From Candidatus Multivoradales bacterium (GTDB taxonomy: Bacteria > Acidobacteriota > Thermoanaerobaculia > Multivoradales > J023), in assembly GCA_965248925.1 (NCBI GenBank), contig CBDFLE010000005.1, forward strand, positions 1,184,001 to 1,248,000: a DNA stretch of 64,000 bases. Direction: 5' to 3'. The first letter of the stretch is position 1; each line of letters starts with the position of its first letter. Under the pieces are notes generated by a model. That model saw nothing but the letters and a program-made list of their open reading frames with translations. It searched no databases and was not told the DNA's origin. Shown here piece by piece: positions 19,255-27,801 of the stretch. Both the position numbers and the translations under genes were made by a program.

Positions 19255-19563
19255 TCAGGGGAAAGCGATCTGCCGCTTGTCGGAATCAGTCGATGGGCGA
19301 AAGAAGGTCACTACATGACCGATCTTGCCAACCATCTGGCAGCTCAGATGGGCGTCGATCTCGGCCGCCGCCGCGGCCTTTTGATCTTGGTGGTCGACAA
19401 AACGCACCTTGACCAACTCATGGCTGTCGAGGGCGGCTTCGAGCTGGGCATAGAAGCCTTCGGACAGCCCCGCCTTGCCGAGCATTACCACCGGCTTGAG
19501 GCTGTGGGCTAGGCCCCGCAGGTATTTGCGCTGGGCTCCGCTGAGGGTCGTCGTCGTGGACAT
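19255..19563 (-). CDS. yhbY: Ribosome assembly RNA-binding protein YhbY (CRM domain)
   Basis: LSGAQRKYLRGLAHSLKPVV.LGK.G, HELVKV, IGH. Confidence 0.95.
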   Translation of the reverse strand: MSTTTTLSGAQRKYLRGLAHSLKPVVMLGKAGLSEGFYAQLEAALDSHELVKVRFVDHQDQKAAAAAEIDAHLSCQMVGKIGHVVTFFRPSTDSDKRQIAFP

Positions 19564-19634
19564 CTGTATCTCCAAGTTGCGAACGCCGCCACTCTATGGC
19601 GTGCCGACCCCGCTGACAAGACGCGGCAAACGGT

Positions 19635-19664
19635 TTGACCGCCCACCACGCGACAGAGGATAAT
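19635..19664 (+). promoter_or_regulatory. Putative sigma70 promoter for the glutaredoxin-like gene
   Basis: TTGACC-18 bp-GATAAT. Confidence 0.4.
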
Positions 19665-19708
19665 GACCTGGCTCGCTTCAAGCGCCGACCGATTCGTGGA
19701 GGACCCCC

Positions 19709-20380
19709 GTGATGCACCGCTCAAATCGCGCCCAACCTGCCAAGACAATGCCTGCCGAGACAGTGCCTGCCGAGACAGTGCCTGTTAGGACAGTGCCTAT
19801 TAGGACACTGCCTCTCAAAACACTGCCCGCCAAGTCACCGGGGGCTGTTGGCTTGATCCTGCTGATCGCCATGCTCATGGCTTGGCCGGCAAGCGCCGAT
19901 TGGCTGGTGACCCACCGCGGCGCCCGCCTGGAAACCGCCGGTTCATGGCTGATCGAGGCCGGCTGGGTGGTGTATCACGACCCTCAGGGTGCTCGCCGGG
20001 CGGTGCATGAAAGCGCCGTCGACCTCGATGCCAGCCGCCGGCTGACCGCCGACCCCGCCGCCGAAATTCGCACCACCGAGCCCGAGGGCGAAGTGTCGGA
20101 CGCCGCCGAGGCCAAAGAGACCGCGGTGGTCCTGTACGCCACTTCCTGGTGCGGCTACTGCCGCAAGACTCGCCAGCTGCTCAAAGAGATCGGCGCTGAT
20201 TATGTCGAGAAAGACATCGAGAAGAGCGCCGAAGCCCGTCGCGAGTACAGTGAGAAGACCGGCGGCCGCTCGGGCGTTCCGGTGCTCGACATCGGCGGCA
20301 AAATCGTCCGCGGCTACCGGCCGCAAGAGATCCGGCAACGGATCGCCGAACTCGACACTGAATCCGCCGACAATCACTGA
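19709..20380 (+). CDS. Exported glutaredoxin (NrdH-like) domain protein
   Basis: Hydrophobic signal region; YATSWCGYCRK, GVPVLDIGG..VRGY. Confidence 0.85.
   Translation: MMHRSNRAQPAKTMPAETVPAETVPVRTVPIRTLPLKTLPAKSPGAVGLILLIAMLMAWPASADWLVTHRGARLETAGSWLIEAGWVVYHDPQGARRAVHESAVDLDASRRLTADPAAEIRTTEPEGEVSDAAEAKETAVVLYATSWCGYCRKTRQLLKEIGADYVEKDIEKSAEARREYSEKTGGRSGVPVLDIGGKIVRGYRPQEIRQRIAELDTESADNH
19743..19832 (+). repeat. Six degenerate 15-bp tandem repeats (agacagtgcctgccg), encoding (TVPAE)n
   Basis: agacaatgcctgccg agacagtgcctgccg agacagtgcctgtta ggacagtgcctatta ggacactgcctctca aaacactgcccgcca. Confidence 0.85.
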
Positions 20381-20476
20381 GCTGACCATCAGCCAGCGAC
20401 TCCCGACGCCCCTTCACTGATACGACAAGTGCCGCCAACCCTTGTGGCGAGTGCTTCACCCTGGAGATAAAAACCC

Positions 20477-21340
20477 GTGAAAACTACTCGCGCCCTCACT
20501 CTCGCCGTCTCATTCTTGACTCTGTGGATCGCCGCCCCGGCCCTTGCTGGGGTGGTCTTTGAACTCGAAACCAAGGACCACGAAGCCACGCCGCCGAAGA
20601 GCGAGGAGATGGCCATCAGCGCTGAGGATCATTTTTTGAAAATGAACATCAGCACTACCGGCAACCGCCAAGACGACGAGGTGATTTTCAACGCCGACCG
20701 CCGCGAGATGGTGATTATCGATCACCACCGCAAGACCTACATGGTGATGGATGAAGAGGCCATGGAAGGCATCGCAGGCCAGGTCAGCTCGGCCATGAGC
20801 CAGGTCCAGGAGGCGCTCAAGAACGTGCCCGAGGCACAGCGCGCAATGGTCGAGAAAATGATGCAGGAGCGGATGCCGAAGGCGGCATCAAAACAGTCGA
20901 CCCGCCCGCAGCAGGAGGTGCGCCGGACCCAAGAGCGCGCCAACCATCACGGCTACCCGTGCGTCAGGTACGAGGTACTGAACGGCGACCGGGTAGTGCG
21001 TGAGCTGTGGGTCACCGATTGGGACAACATCGAGGGTGGCGATGAAGTCCGGAAGTCCTTCACCGCTATGGCCGACTTCTTCTCCGACATGTTGGAGTCC
21101 GTCGGACAGCTCGCTGGGGCCGCTGGAGGCACCGGGTTCGTCGACGGCATGGCCGACAACATGATGACCGTGTTCAATGAGATCGATGGTTTCCCAGTGG
21201 TCACCAAGGGCTTCGAAGACGACGGTTCGCTGGCAGACGAATCGAATCTGCGCACCGCAAAGCGGCAGACTCTCGACCCGGCAGACTTCGAGCCGCCGGC
21301 CGGCTACAAGCGCCAGCAGATGTTCGACGGCGGTTCCTGA
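20477..21340 (+). CDS. Secreted DUF4412-like protein
   Basis: Signal peptide; IDHHRKTY, GYPCVRY, ELWV, GFPV, DFEPPAGYK. Confidence 0.75.
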   Translation: MKTTRALTLAVSFLTLWIAAPALAGVVFELETKDHEATPPKSEEMAISAEDHFLKMNISTTGNRQDDEVIFNADRREMVIIDHHRKTYMVMDEEAMEGIAGQVSSAMSQVQEALKNVPEAQRAMVEKMMQERMPKAASKQSTRPQQEVRRTQERANHHGYPCVRYEVLNGDRVVRELWVTDWDNIEGGDEVRKSFTAMADFFSDMLESVGQLAGAAGGTGFVDGMADNMMTVFNEIDGFPVVTKGFEDDGSLADESNLRTAKRQTLDPADFEPPAGYKRQQMFDGGS

Positions 21341-21655
21341 GCCCGGCGATTTGCTCCAAGTCGAGTCACAGCAAGGCTCGACGCCCCCCGACCGGCAGCA
21401 AATCCACTGCGACGACAGTGACCGTGTGCTGCAGCGCGGCAAGGAGCGGCCTACGTTCTTGCAGGCGCTGCTCTGCTGCGCCAACGGCGACGGACTGTTG
21501 AATCCGGCGGAGAGGAAATGGGTCGTTGGCCGGGCCGCCGACGGCGGTGCTTAGGTTCTGATCTTCCCAATGCGATCGATCAGCATCGGTGTGGCGTAGG
21601 AACAGCAAGTCTCTACAAACCGGCAGTCAAAGCAACCGACAGGCCCAGCGACCCT

Positions 21656-22168
21656 TCAGCTTGGCGAGTTCTCAGGCTGGCCGGCTCCGCTGGCGGGTAA
21701 GCTGACAAAACGACCGTCGACCCAAACGATGTCATGATCGAAGTCGCCGCTGGGAAAGGGGCCTTCAGGAGCAGCGCTGAAAGTTCCGTCTCGACCGGCA
21801 CTGGTGATGCGGACATCAACATCGCTAGCGTCCGGCCCGCGCTCGATGCGCAGCTCCCCCTTCCAAGCGTCGAGAATCTCCACGCTCTCCAGGTAATCGG
21901 GCACTAACATTCGGTGCAAGGCAGCCCGGTCGATGGTCTGCCCGCGCGCCACCGGCAAGCGCTGGCCGCGCTCTGCCTGCCAAGCGATTAGAGCTTTGCC
22001 GAGAGTGCCCATATCGGTCATGGTGGCGCTTTGATTAGCTCGATGACGGGCACTGACCAAGCTGGGGATCAACAAAGTGGCGATCAAGGCGAGGATTGCC
22101 ATGACGATCAACAACTCGAGCAAAGTGAAGGCGCGCAGCTGATGAGGCTGGCGTTCGATAGAATACAT
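21656..22168 (-). CDS. Type II secretion pseudopilin GspG-like / prepilin-type N-methylation protein
   Basis: AGGAGG RBS; RAFTLLELLIVMAILALIA..IP; DAWK; SAGRDG. Confidence 0.85.
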   Translation of the reverse strand: MYSIERQPHQLRAFTLLELLIVMAILALIATLLIPSLVSARHRANQSATMTDMGTLGKALIAWQAERGQRLPVARGQTIDRAALHRMLVPDYLESVEILDAWKGELRIERGPDASDVDVRITSAGRDGTFSAAPEGPFPSGDFDHDIVWVDGRFVSLPASGAGQPENSPS

Positions 22169-22259
22169 CTTGGACCTCCTAGATGAAGTAGGTGGCCCCA
22201 ATCCTCACTCTATGCTTACGGCCCGGACGCCTGCGCGTCCAGCTTCTCCCCCGCAGCGC

Positions 22260-23522
22260 TCAGCGCGGACCGCCACCCGGATCCGGTACCGGCATCTGGT
22301 GCTGAGCGGCAATGTGATCGTAGAAATCGATCATCTGCCGCACATAGGCCCGCTTTTCACCGTAGGTACCGGGGAAGAAGCTGCGTTTGAAACCGTAGAT
22401 AATCACATTGCGCAACTGCCGGGGCGATAGCGAAAAAGCCCGACAAGCCTGGTCGATCTCGTCGGTGACAGTGGTGCGTGACACCAACCGGTTGTCGGTG
22501 CATAGGGTCACCGACAGCTTGTCTCGGACCATCCTGCCGAAGGGGTGATCCTCCACCCGGCGCAACTCGGGCATGGTCTGCAAATTTGAAGTAATACAAA
22601 CTTCGAGGGTGGTGCGGCTGTTGGCGATGAACTCGCTGAGCTGGTGCACGTAACGCTCGGCATCGTTCTCGCCCTGAACCCGCTCCACCGAGAACAGATG
22701 GGTACCGTGACCGATACGATCGGCGTTGAGGCGAGTGATCGCTTGAAAGATGCTCTCCGGACCGTAAGCTTCACCCGCATGCACGGTCTTTTTGAGGAAG
22801 TTGCGGTGCGCATATTGGTAAGCATCAATGTGATCCGACGCGGGATGCCCGGCCTCGGCGCCGGCCAGATCAAAGCCGACGATCGGCAAGCCCAGTCGAT
22901 CACGGGCCTCCACCACGGAGCGGGCCAAGGATAGGGAAGCTACACCGTAGACTTCCTTTGCCGGCCACTGTTCGAGGGCCCGCAACAGGTTCTTGTGGTA
23001 CGGGCTGAAACCACCGGTGAACATCCGCATCGCCGAGGCGATGATGCCGTAGCGAAACGGCGGCTCACCCTGCTCTTTGACCGCCGGCGAAAGGCGGTGA
23101 TCACGACTTACCCGATCGAGCCCCCGATCAACCGCCGAGATCACCGCTCCGAGATCGAAGCCGGGACGCACGTGCAGCTGCGGCGCGAAGCGCACTTCGA
23201 TATAGCGCACCCCTTCGGCCAGGCAGTCTTCACCAAGTTCGTAAGCCACCCGCTCCAGTGCTTCAGGGTCGGCCATCACCGCACAGGTGTAGGCAAAGCC
23301 GTGCAGATAGTCCGGCAGGTCGCGGTAGGTCTCCTTGAACACCAGCTCGAGCAAGCCCTCGGTGGTTTCCGCCGGCAGCTTGACACCGCGCTCGGCGGCC
23401 AGCTCAATCAAAGTCTCGAGACGCAACGAGCCGTCCAGGTGGACATGTAGATCGGTCTTGGGCAGTGCCTGCAGGAATTCTCGCGGATATTGCACTTCCG
23501 TCATCGTCATCTCCGATGCCAT
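22260..23522 (-). CDS. add: Adenosine deaminase family protein
   Basis: PKTDLHVHLDGS, YIEVRFAP, GFDLAG.E, TVHAGE, RIGHG, EVCITSN, TDN. Confidence 0.92.
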   Translation of the reverse strand: MASEMTMTEVQYPREFLQALPKTDLHVHLDGSLRLETLIELAAERGVKLPAETTEGLLELVFKETYRDLPDYLHGFAYTCAVMADPEALERVAYELGEDCLAEGVRYIEVRFAPQLHVRPGFDLGAVISAVDRGLDRVSRDHRLSPAVKEQGEPPFRYGIIASAMRMFTGGFSPYHKNLLRALEQWPAKEVYGVASLSLARSVVEARDRLGLPIVGFDLAGAEAGHPASDHIDAYQYAHRNFLKKTVHAGEAYGPESIFQAITRLNADRIGHGTHLFSVERVQGENDAERYVHQLSEFIANSRTTLEVCITSNLQTMPELRRVEDHPFGRMVRDKLSVTLCTDNRLVSRTTVTDEIDQACRAFSLSPRQLRNVIIYGFKRSFFPGTYGEKRAYVRQMIDFYDHIAAQHQMPVPDPGGGPR

Positions 23523-23767
23523 CTTCGCGCTCGGCTGCTAAAGGCGGCCTGGGGGTGTTCTGGGGGGTGAAGTTCCGGGAGAATACCCGGCGGTCGAGGT
23601 CTTCACGGATTCATGCTACCATCCGTTGGGCGCTCCGCTGTTAGCGGAACGCACCCGATCCACAGATTTTTCCCGGGGCCCGGCCCAAGCCAACGACCGC
23701 CGAACCCAGATCGGTGGACGACCCCGCGGAGCGGACTGACCGACCTGATATAATTCAACTTGCCCTG

Positions 23768-26212
23768 ATGAGCCCATCTGCCACAGCCACCCAAGACTCT
23801 GATCTTCTCGGCGCCCCAGCGCCCCTCGACCGCCAGGCCCTGCTGCGCGGCTACCGCCTGGCCTATCAAAGCCGCCAAGCAAGCCTGCTCGGCCGCCGCG
23901 AAGTGCTCTCTGGCAAAGCCAAATTCGGCATCTTTGGCGACGGCAAAGAGACCGCTCAACTGGCCATGGCCGGGGCCTTCCGGGCTGGCGATTTTCGCTC
24001 CGGCTACTACCGCGACCAGACCTTCATGCTGGCGACCGGCTTGCTGACTTTCGAGCAGCTCTTCGCCCAGCTCTATGCCGACACCGATCCAGAGCGTGAG
24101 CCAGCCTCGGCCGGCCGCCAAATGAACAGCCATTTCGCCACCCACTTGGTGGATAGGAACGGCCGCTGGTCAAAGCTCAGCGAGATGATGAACTCGGCCG
24201 CCGACTCCTCCCCCACCGCGTCGCAGATGCCACGTTTAGTCGGCCTGGCTCTGGCGTCGAAGATCTACCGCCAGCTGCCAGAACTCGATCGGCGCCAACG
24301 CTTCTCCAACGCCGGCCAGGAAATCGCCTGGGGAACCATCGGCGACGCCGCCTGCGCTGAAGGGCCGTTTTGGGAGACCATCAACGCCGTGGGAGTGCTC
24401 GGAGCGCCGCTGTTGATGTCGATCTGGGACGATGGCTACGGTATTTCAGTGCCCAACGAGCAGCAGATCACCAAGGGCGATCTATCGGCGGTGCTCAGCG
24501 GCTTCCGCCGTGCCGGGGAGGGCAAACCCGGCTATGAGATCTACACCGTCCGCGGCTGGGACTACCCGACCCTGATGCAGACTTACGCCGCAGCCGCGGA
24601 TTTGGTGCGCGGCTCGCATGTGCCGGTGATCGTACATGTGACCGAGATGACCCAACCCCAGGGCCATTCGACCTCCGGCAGCCACGAGCGCTACAAGTCC
24701 ACCGAGCGCCTAGCCTGGGAGCGGCGCCACGATTGCCTGAGTGTGCTGCGCAACTTCGTGCTTGAATACGGGCGGATTGAGGCGGCGGCACTCGAAGACC
24801 TTGAGCAGCAAGACCAGGCAGTCGTCCGCCAAGCCCAGCAACGGGCCTGGAAGGCGTACCGCGACTCTCACCAAGCGGCCTTTGAAGAGGCTTCCGCGCT
24901 GCTGCAACAGAGTGCGGCACAGCATAGCAGCGAGGAGCGGCGCGACACTCTCGCAGCGATTGGCAAATCCCTCGGCCGGGTACCCAACCCGACTCGGCGG
25001 CATCTGGTCGTGGCGCTGCGCGATGCTCTGCTGGAGTTGCGTGATGCCGAGCTGGCGGTGCGCCAGCCGTTGATCGATTTGCACCAGCGGCTCGATCGCG
25101 AAGGCCGCGACACCTACGCCAGCCACCTCTACAGCGAGTCGCCGCGAGCAGCGTTGGAGGTACCGGTCGTAGCGCCGGTTTACGGCCAAGACAGCCCCCG
25201 TCTAAACGGCTACGAAATCCTTAACCACGCTTTCGATGCAGCTTTTGACCGCCTACCACGGCTGATTGCTTTTGGTGAGGATGTCGGCAAACTGGGCGAT
25301 GTAAATCAAGCGTTGAGCGGCATGCAGGCCAAATACGGCGAGGTGCGAGTTTCCGACACCGGCATTCGCGAATGCACTATCGTCGGCCAAGCGATCGGCA
25401 TGGCGATGCGCGGCCTGCGGCCGCTGGCCGAGATTCAGTATCTGGATTACATACTCTATGCTCTGCAAACTCTCAGCGACGACTTGGCGACACTGCGCTA
25501 CCGCACCAGCGGTCGCCAGCAGGCGCCGGTCATCATCCGCACCCGCGGTCATCGCCTGGAAGGCATCTGGCACTCCGGCTCACCGATGGCTGGAATTCTC
25601 GGGCTGGTGCGCGGGGTTTATCTCTGTGTTCCCCGCGACATGACCCGAGCCGCCGGCATGTACAACACCTTGCTGGCCTCGGACGATAGCGCCATCGTCG
25701 TCGAAGTACTCAACGGCTACCGCAGCAAAGAAACGCTGCCAGAGAACATCAGCCAGATGACCGTGCCCCTGGGCATTCCAGAAGTGCTTCGCGAAGGCCA
25801 AGACGTCACCATCGTCACTTACGGAGCTTGCTGCCGGATCGCCGCCGAGACAGCCGACAAACTTGCTGGTGTCGGCATCGAAGTGGAGTTGATCGATGTC
25901 CAGACCTTGCTGCCTTTTGATCGCCACGGGGTGATCGGTAGCTCGCTGCAGAAGACTCACCGCATCGTCTTCCTCGACGAAGATGTGCCGGGAGGCGCCA
26001 CCGCCTACATGCAGCAGCGGGTGATCGAGGACCAAGGCGGCTATCATTGGCTGGATGCGAAACCGCGATCGGTCACCGGCACCGAGCACCGACCTGCTTA
26101 TGGCTCGGACGGCGACTATTGGTCGAAACCGAGCGTCGAGAGCGTCTTCGACGCGGTTTATGAGTTGCTCCACGAAGCCGAGCCGAAGCGCTTTCCACTG
26201 TTCTTCAAATAA
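23768..26212 (+). CDS. 2-oxoacid (branched-chain) dehydrogenase E1, fused alpha/beta subunits
   Basis: GKAKFGIFGDGKE, GYYRD, TPP motif GDAACAEG..WDD, GHSTSG, FGEDVG, DTGIRE, EIQYLDY, IDVQTLLPFD. Confidence 0.93.
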   Translation: MSPSATATQDSDLLGAPAPLDRQALLRGYRLAYQSRQASLLGRREVLSGKAKFGIFGDGKETAQLAMAGAFRAGDFRSGYYRDQTFMLATGLLTFEQLFAQLYADTDPEREPASAGRQMNSHFATHLVDRNGRWSKLSEMMNSAADSSPTASQMPRLVGLALASKIYRQLPELDRRQRFSNAGQEIAWGTIGDAACAEGPFWETINAVGVLGAPLLMSIWDDGYGISVPNEQQITKGDLSAVLSGFRRAGEGKPGYEIYTVRGWDYPTLMQTYAAAADLVRGSHVPVIVHVTEMTQPQGHSTSGSHERYKSTERLAWERRHDCLSVLRNFVLEYGRIEAAALEDLEQQDQAVVRQAQQRAWKAYRDSHQAAFEEASALLQQSAAQHSSEERRDTLAAIGKSLGRVPNPTRRHLVVALRDALLELRDAELAVRQPLIDLHQRLDREGRDTYASHLYSESPRAALEVPVVAPVYGQDSPRLNGYEILNHAFDAAFDRLPRLIAFGEDVGKLGDVNQALSGMQAKYGEVRVSDTGIRECTIVGQAIGMAMRGLRPLAEIQYLDYILYALQTLSDDLATLRYRTSGRQQAPVIIRTRGHRLEGIWHSGSPMAGILGLVRGVYLCVPRDMTRAAGMYNTLLASDDSAIVVEVLNGYRSKETLPENISQMTVPLGIPEVLREGQDVTIVTYGACCRIAAETADKLAGVGIEVELIDVQTLLPFDRHGVIGSSLQKTHRIVFLDEDVPGGATAYMQQRVIEDQGGYHWLDAKPRSVTGTEHRPAYGSDGDYWSKPSVESVFDAVYELLHEAEPKRFPLFFK

Positions 26213-26288
26213 TCCAGCTCTTCAAATAATCCAGCTCTTCAAGTAACCCGGTTCTTCAGCCAACCTTGCTTTTCAAACGACCCAACGG
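26204..26288 (+). repeat. 17-bp tandem repeat (ttcaaataatccagctc), two exact plus 2-3 degenerate copies, overlapping the E1 stop codon
   Basis: Units begin at 26204, 26221, 26238, 26255 and 26272. Confidence 0.75.
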
Positions 26289-26418
26289 CGCCATCCAGGC
26301 CTCGCTACTAACTCGCCACAAACTTGGAAGCCGACACTGATCTCCACCCTCCATACCGTCTCCCAGCTCCCCGCCCCGTTCCCTGGGCCGGGGAGAAGAC
26401 GCTTGAGCCATCCTCACC

Positions 26419-27675
26419 GTGAAACTGCACCATCTGGGTCCAGGAATATTGCTGGCCGCCACTTCGATCGGCGCCAGTCACTTGCTGATGAGCCCGGAAG
26501 CCGGAGCTCGCTTCGAGTACCAGTTGGTCTGGCTGGTGGTCTTGGCCCATGCCCTGAAGTACATGGCGTTCGAAGCCGCGCCGCGCTATGTGGCGGCCCA
26601 AGGCGAGTCCCTGCTCGACGCCTACGCCACAGCGCCGGGGCCGCGTCATTGGGCGATCTGGCTCGGGCTGATCGATATGACCATTCAAGCTCTCGGCCTG
26701 ATTGCAGCGCTGATCGGACTAACCGCCAGCTTTCTGGTGGCGGCGCTCGGCGGCGGACTGAAAGTGTGGAGCCTGCTACTGGCTCTGGGTCTACTGAGCA
26801 TGCTGCGCTGGGGCAATTATCGCTCTCTACGGGTGGTCAACTTGGTGGCCATGCTGGCCCTAGCCGTCGGCACCCTGGTGGCATTTGCTACTGCTCCACC
26901 GCCAACAGCCAAGATCTTCGAAATTTTCCAGCCGACTCTGCCACCGGGCTCATTGCTGCTGGTGGTCGCCATCCTGGGCTACATGCCCACTTCGGTGGCG
27001 GTGTCGATCTGGCAATCACTGTGGGCCCTGGAACAGGGGCGCTTCTCAACCAACCGCAACCGACCGGACGACCGCCGCGCCGCTTTGCGCGCCGGGTTGA
27101 TCGATCTGCGGTTGGGCTATGCCTTGTCGGCCGGACTGGCCATCTGCTTCGTCTGCCTGGGAGCTTCGTTGCTCTATCCTCGCGGCCTGGTGCCCGAGGG
27201 ACCGCAGGTAGCCCTGACCTTGTCGAGCCTCTACACCTTGGTGCTCGGCGCCTGGATGCGGCCGGTGGTCTTGGCGATGGCTTTCCTCGCTCTGGCCACG
27301 ACTTGCTACACGATGATGGACGGTTTCCCGCGGGCCTTCGTGGCCGCTTTGCGAGTGCTCTCCGGCCGGCCGGCGGCCGGCGGAAGAGCAGACCGCCCTT
27401 ACTGGATCTTTCTCTTGATCGTGACCTTCGGTGGCATGGCGCTGCTGTCGAACGTTCCCGACCCGGCCTTCTTGGTGAAGGCGGTGGGAGCTTTCGGCTT
27501 ACTGCTATCGCCGGTGTACTTCACCCTCAATCTGTGGGCCGTGCATCGGCGCATCGACGATCCGGCGCTAAGGCCCGGTCCGTTGGCCACCCTGGTTTCG
27601 ATCCTCGGTATCTTGTTCCTGCTGTTCACCGCCGGCCTGTTCTTGTGGACATTGTTCCCCGGAGCTGGCGCGTGA
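26419..27675 (+). CDS. Nramp-family divalent metal transporter
   Basis: LGPGILLAATSIGASHL....AGA.F, about 11 TM segments, MDGFPR. Confidence 0.88.
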   Translation: MKLHHLGPGILLAATSIGASHLLMSPEAGARFEYQLVWLVVLAHALKYMAFEAAPRYVAAQGESLLDAYATAPGPRHWAIWLGLIDMTIQALGLIAALIGLTASFLVAALGGGLKVWSLLLALGLLSMLRWGNYRSLRVVNLVAMLALAVGTLVAFATAPPPTAKIFEIFQPTLPPGSLLLVVAILGYMPTSVAVSIWQSLWALEQGRFSTNRNRPDDRRAALRAGLIDLRLGYALSAGLAICFVCLGASLLYPRGLVPEGPQVALTLSSLYTLVLGAWMRPVVLAMAFLALATTCYTMMDGFPRAFVAALRVLSGRPAAGGRADRPYWIFLLIVTFGGMALLSNVPDPAFLVKAVGAFGLLLSPVYFTLNLWAVHRRIDDPALRPGPLATLVSILGILFLLFTAGLFLWTLFPGAGA

Positions 27676-27801
27676 TGCAGGTCCTTGCTCGCCCCTCGGC
27701 GTGCCCTAGGGGCGCGCGCGGTAGAGCGTCAACCCGGCTCGCCCGCCGGCCTCCAGAAGGCCTGGCGCGGCCAGCCCCGACACAATTCAAACGGTGTAAA
27801 T

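Noticed and set aside
19743-19832. Possible CRISPR array
   Set aside because: Contiguous 15-bp units with no spacers, in frame within a CDS, and no cas genes.
26204-26288. Possible CRISPR or iteron array
   Set aside because: No spacers, rapid decay, no rep or cas gene nearby.
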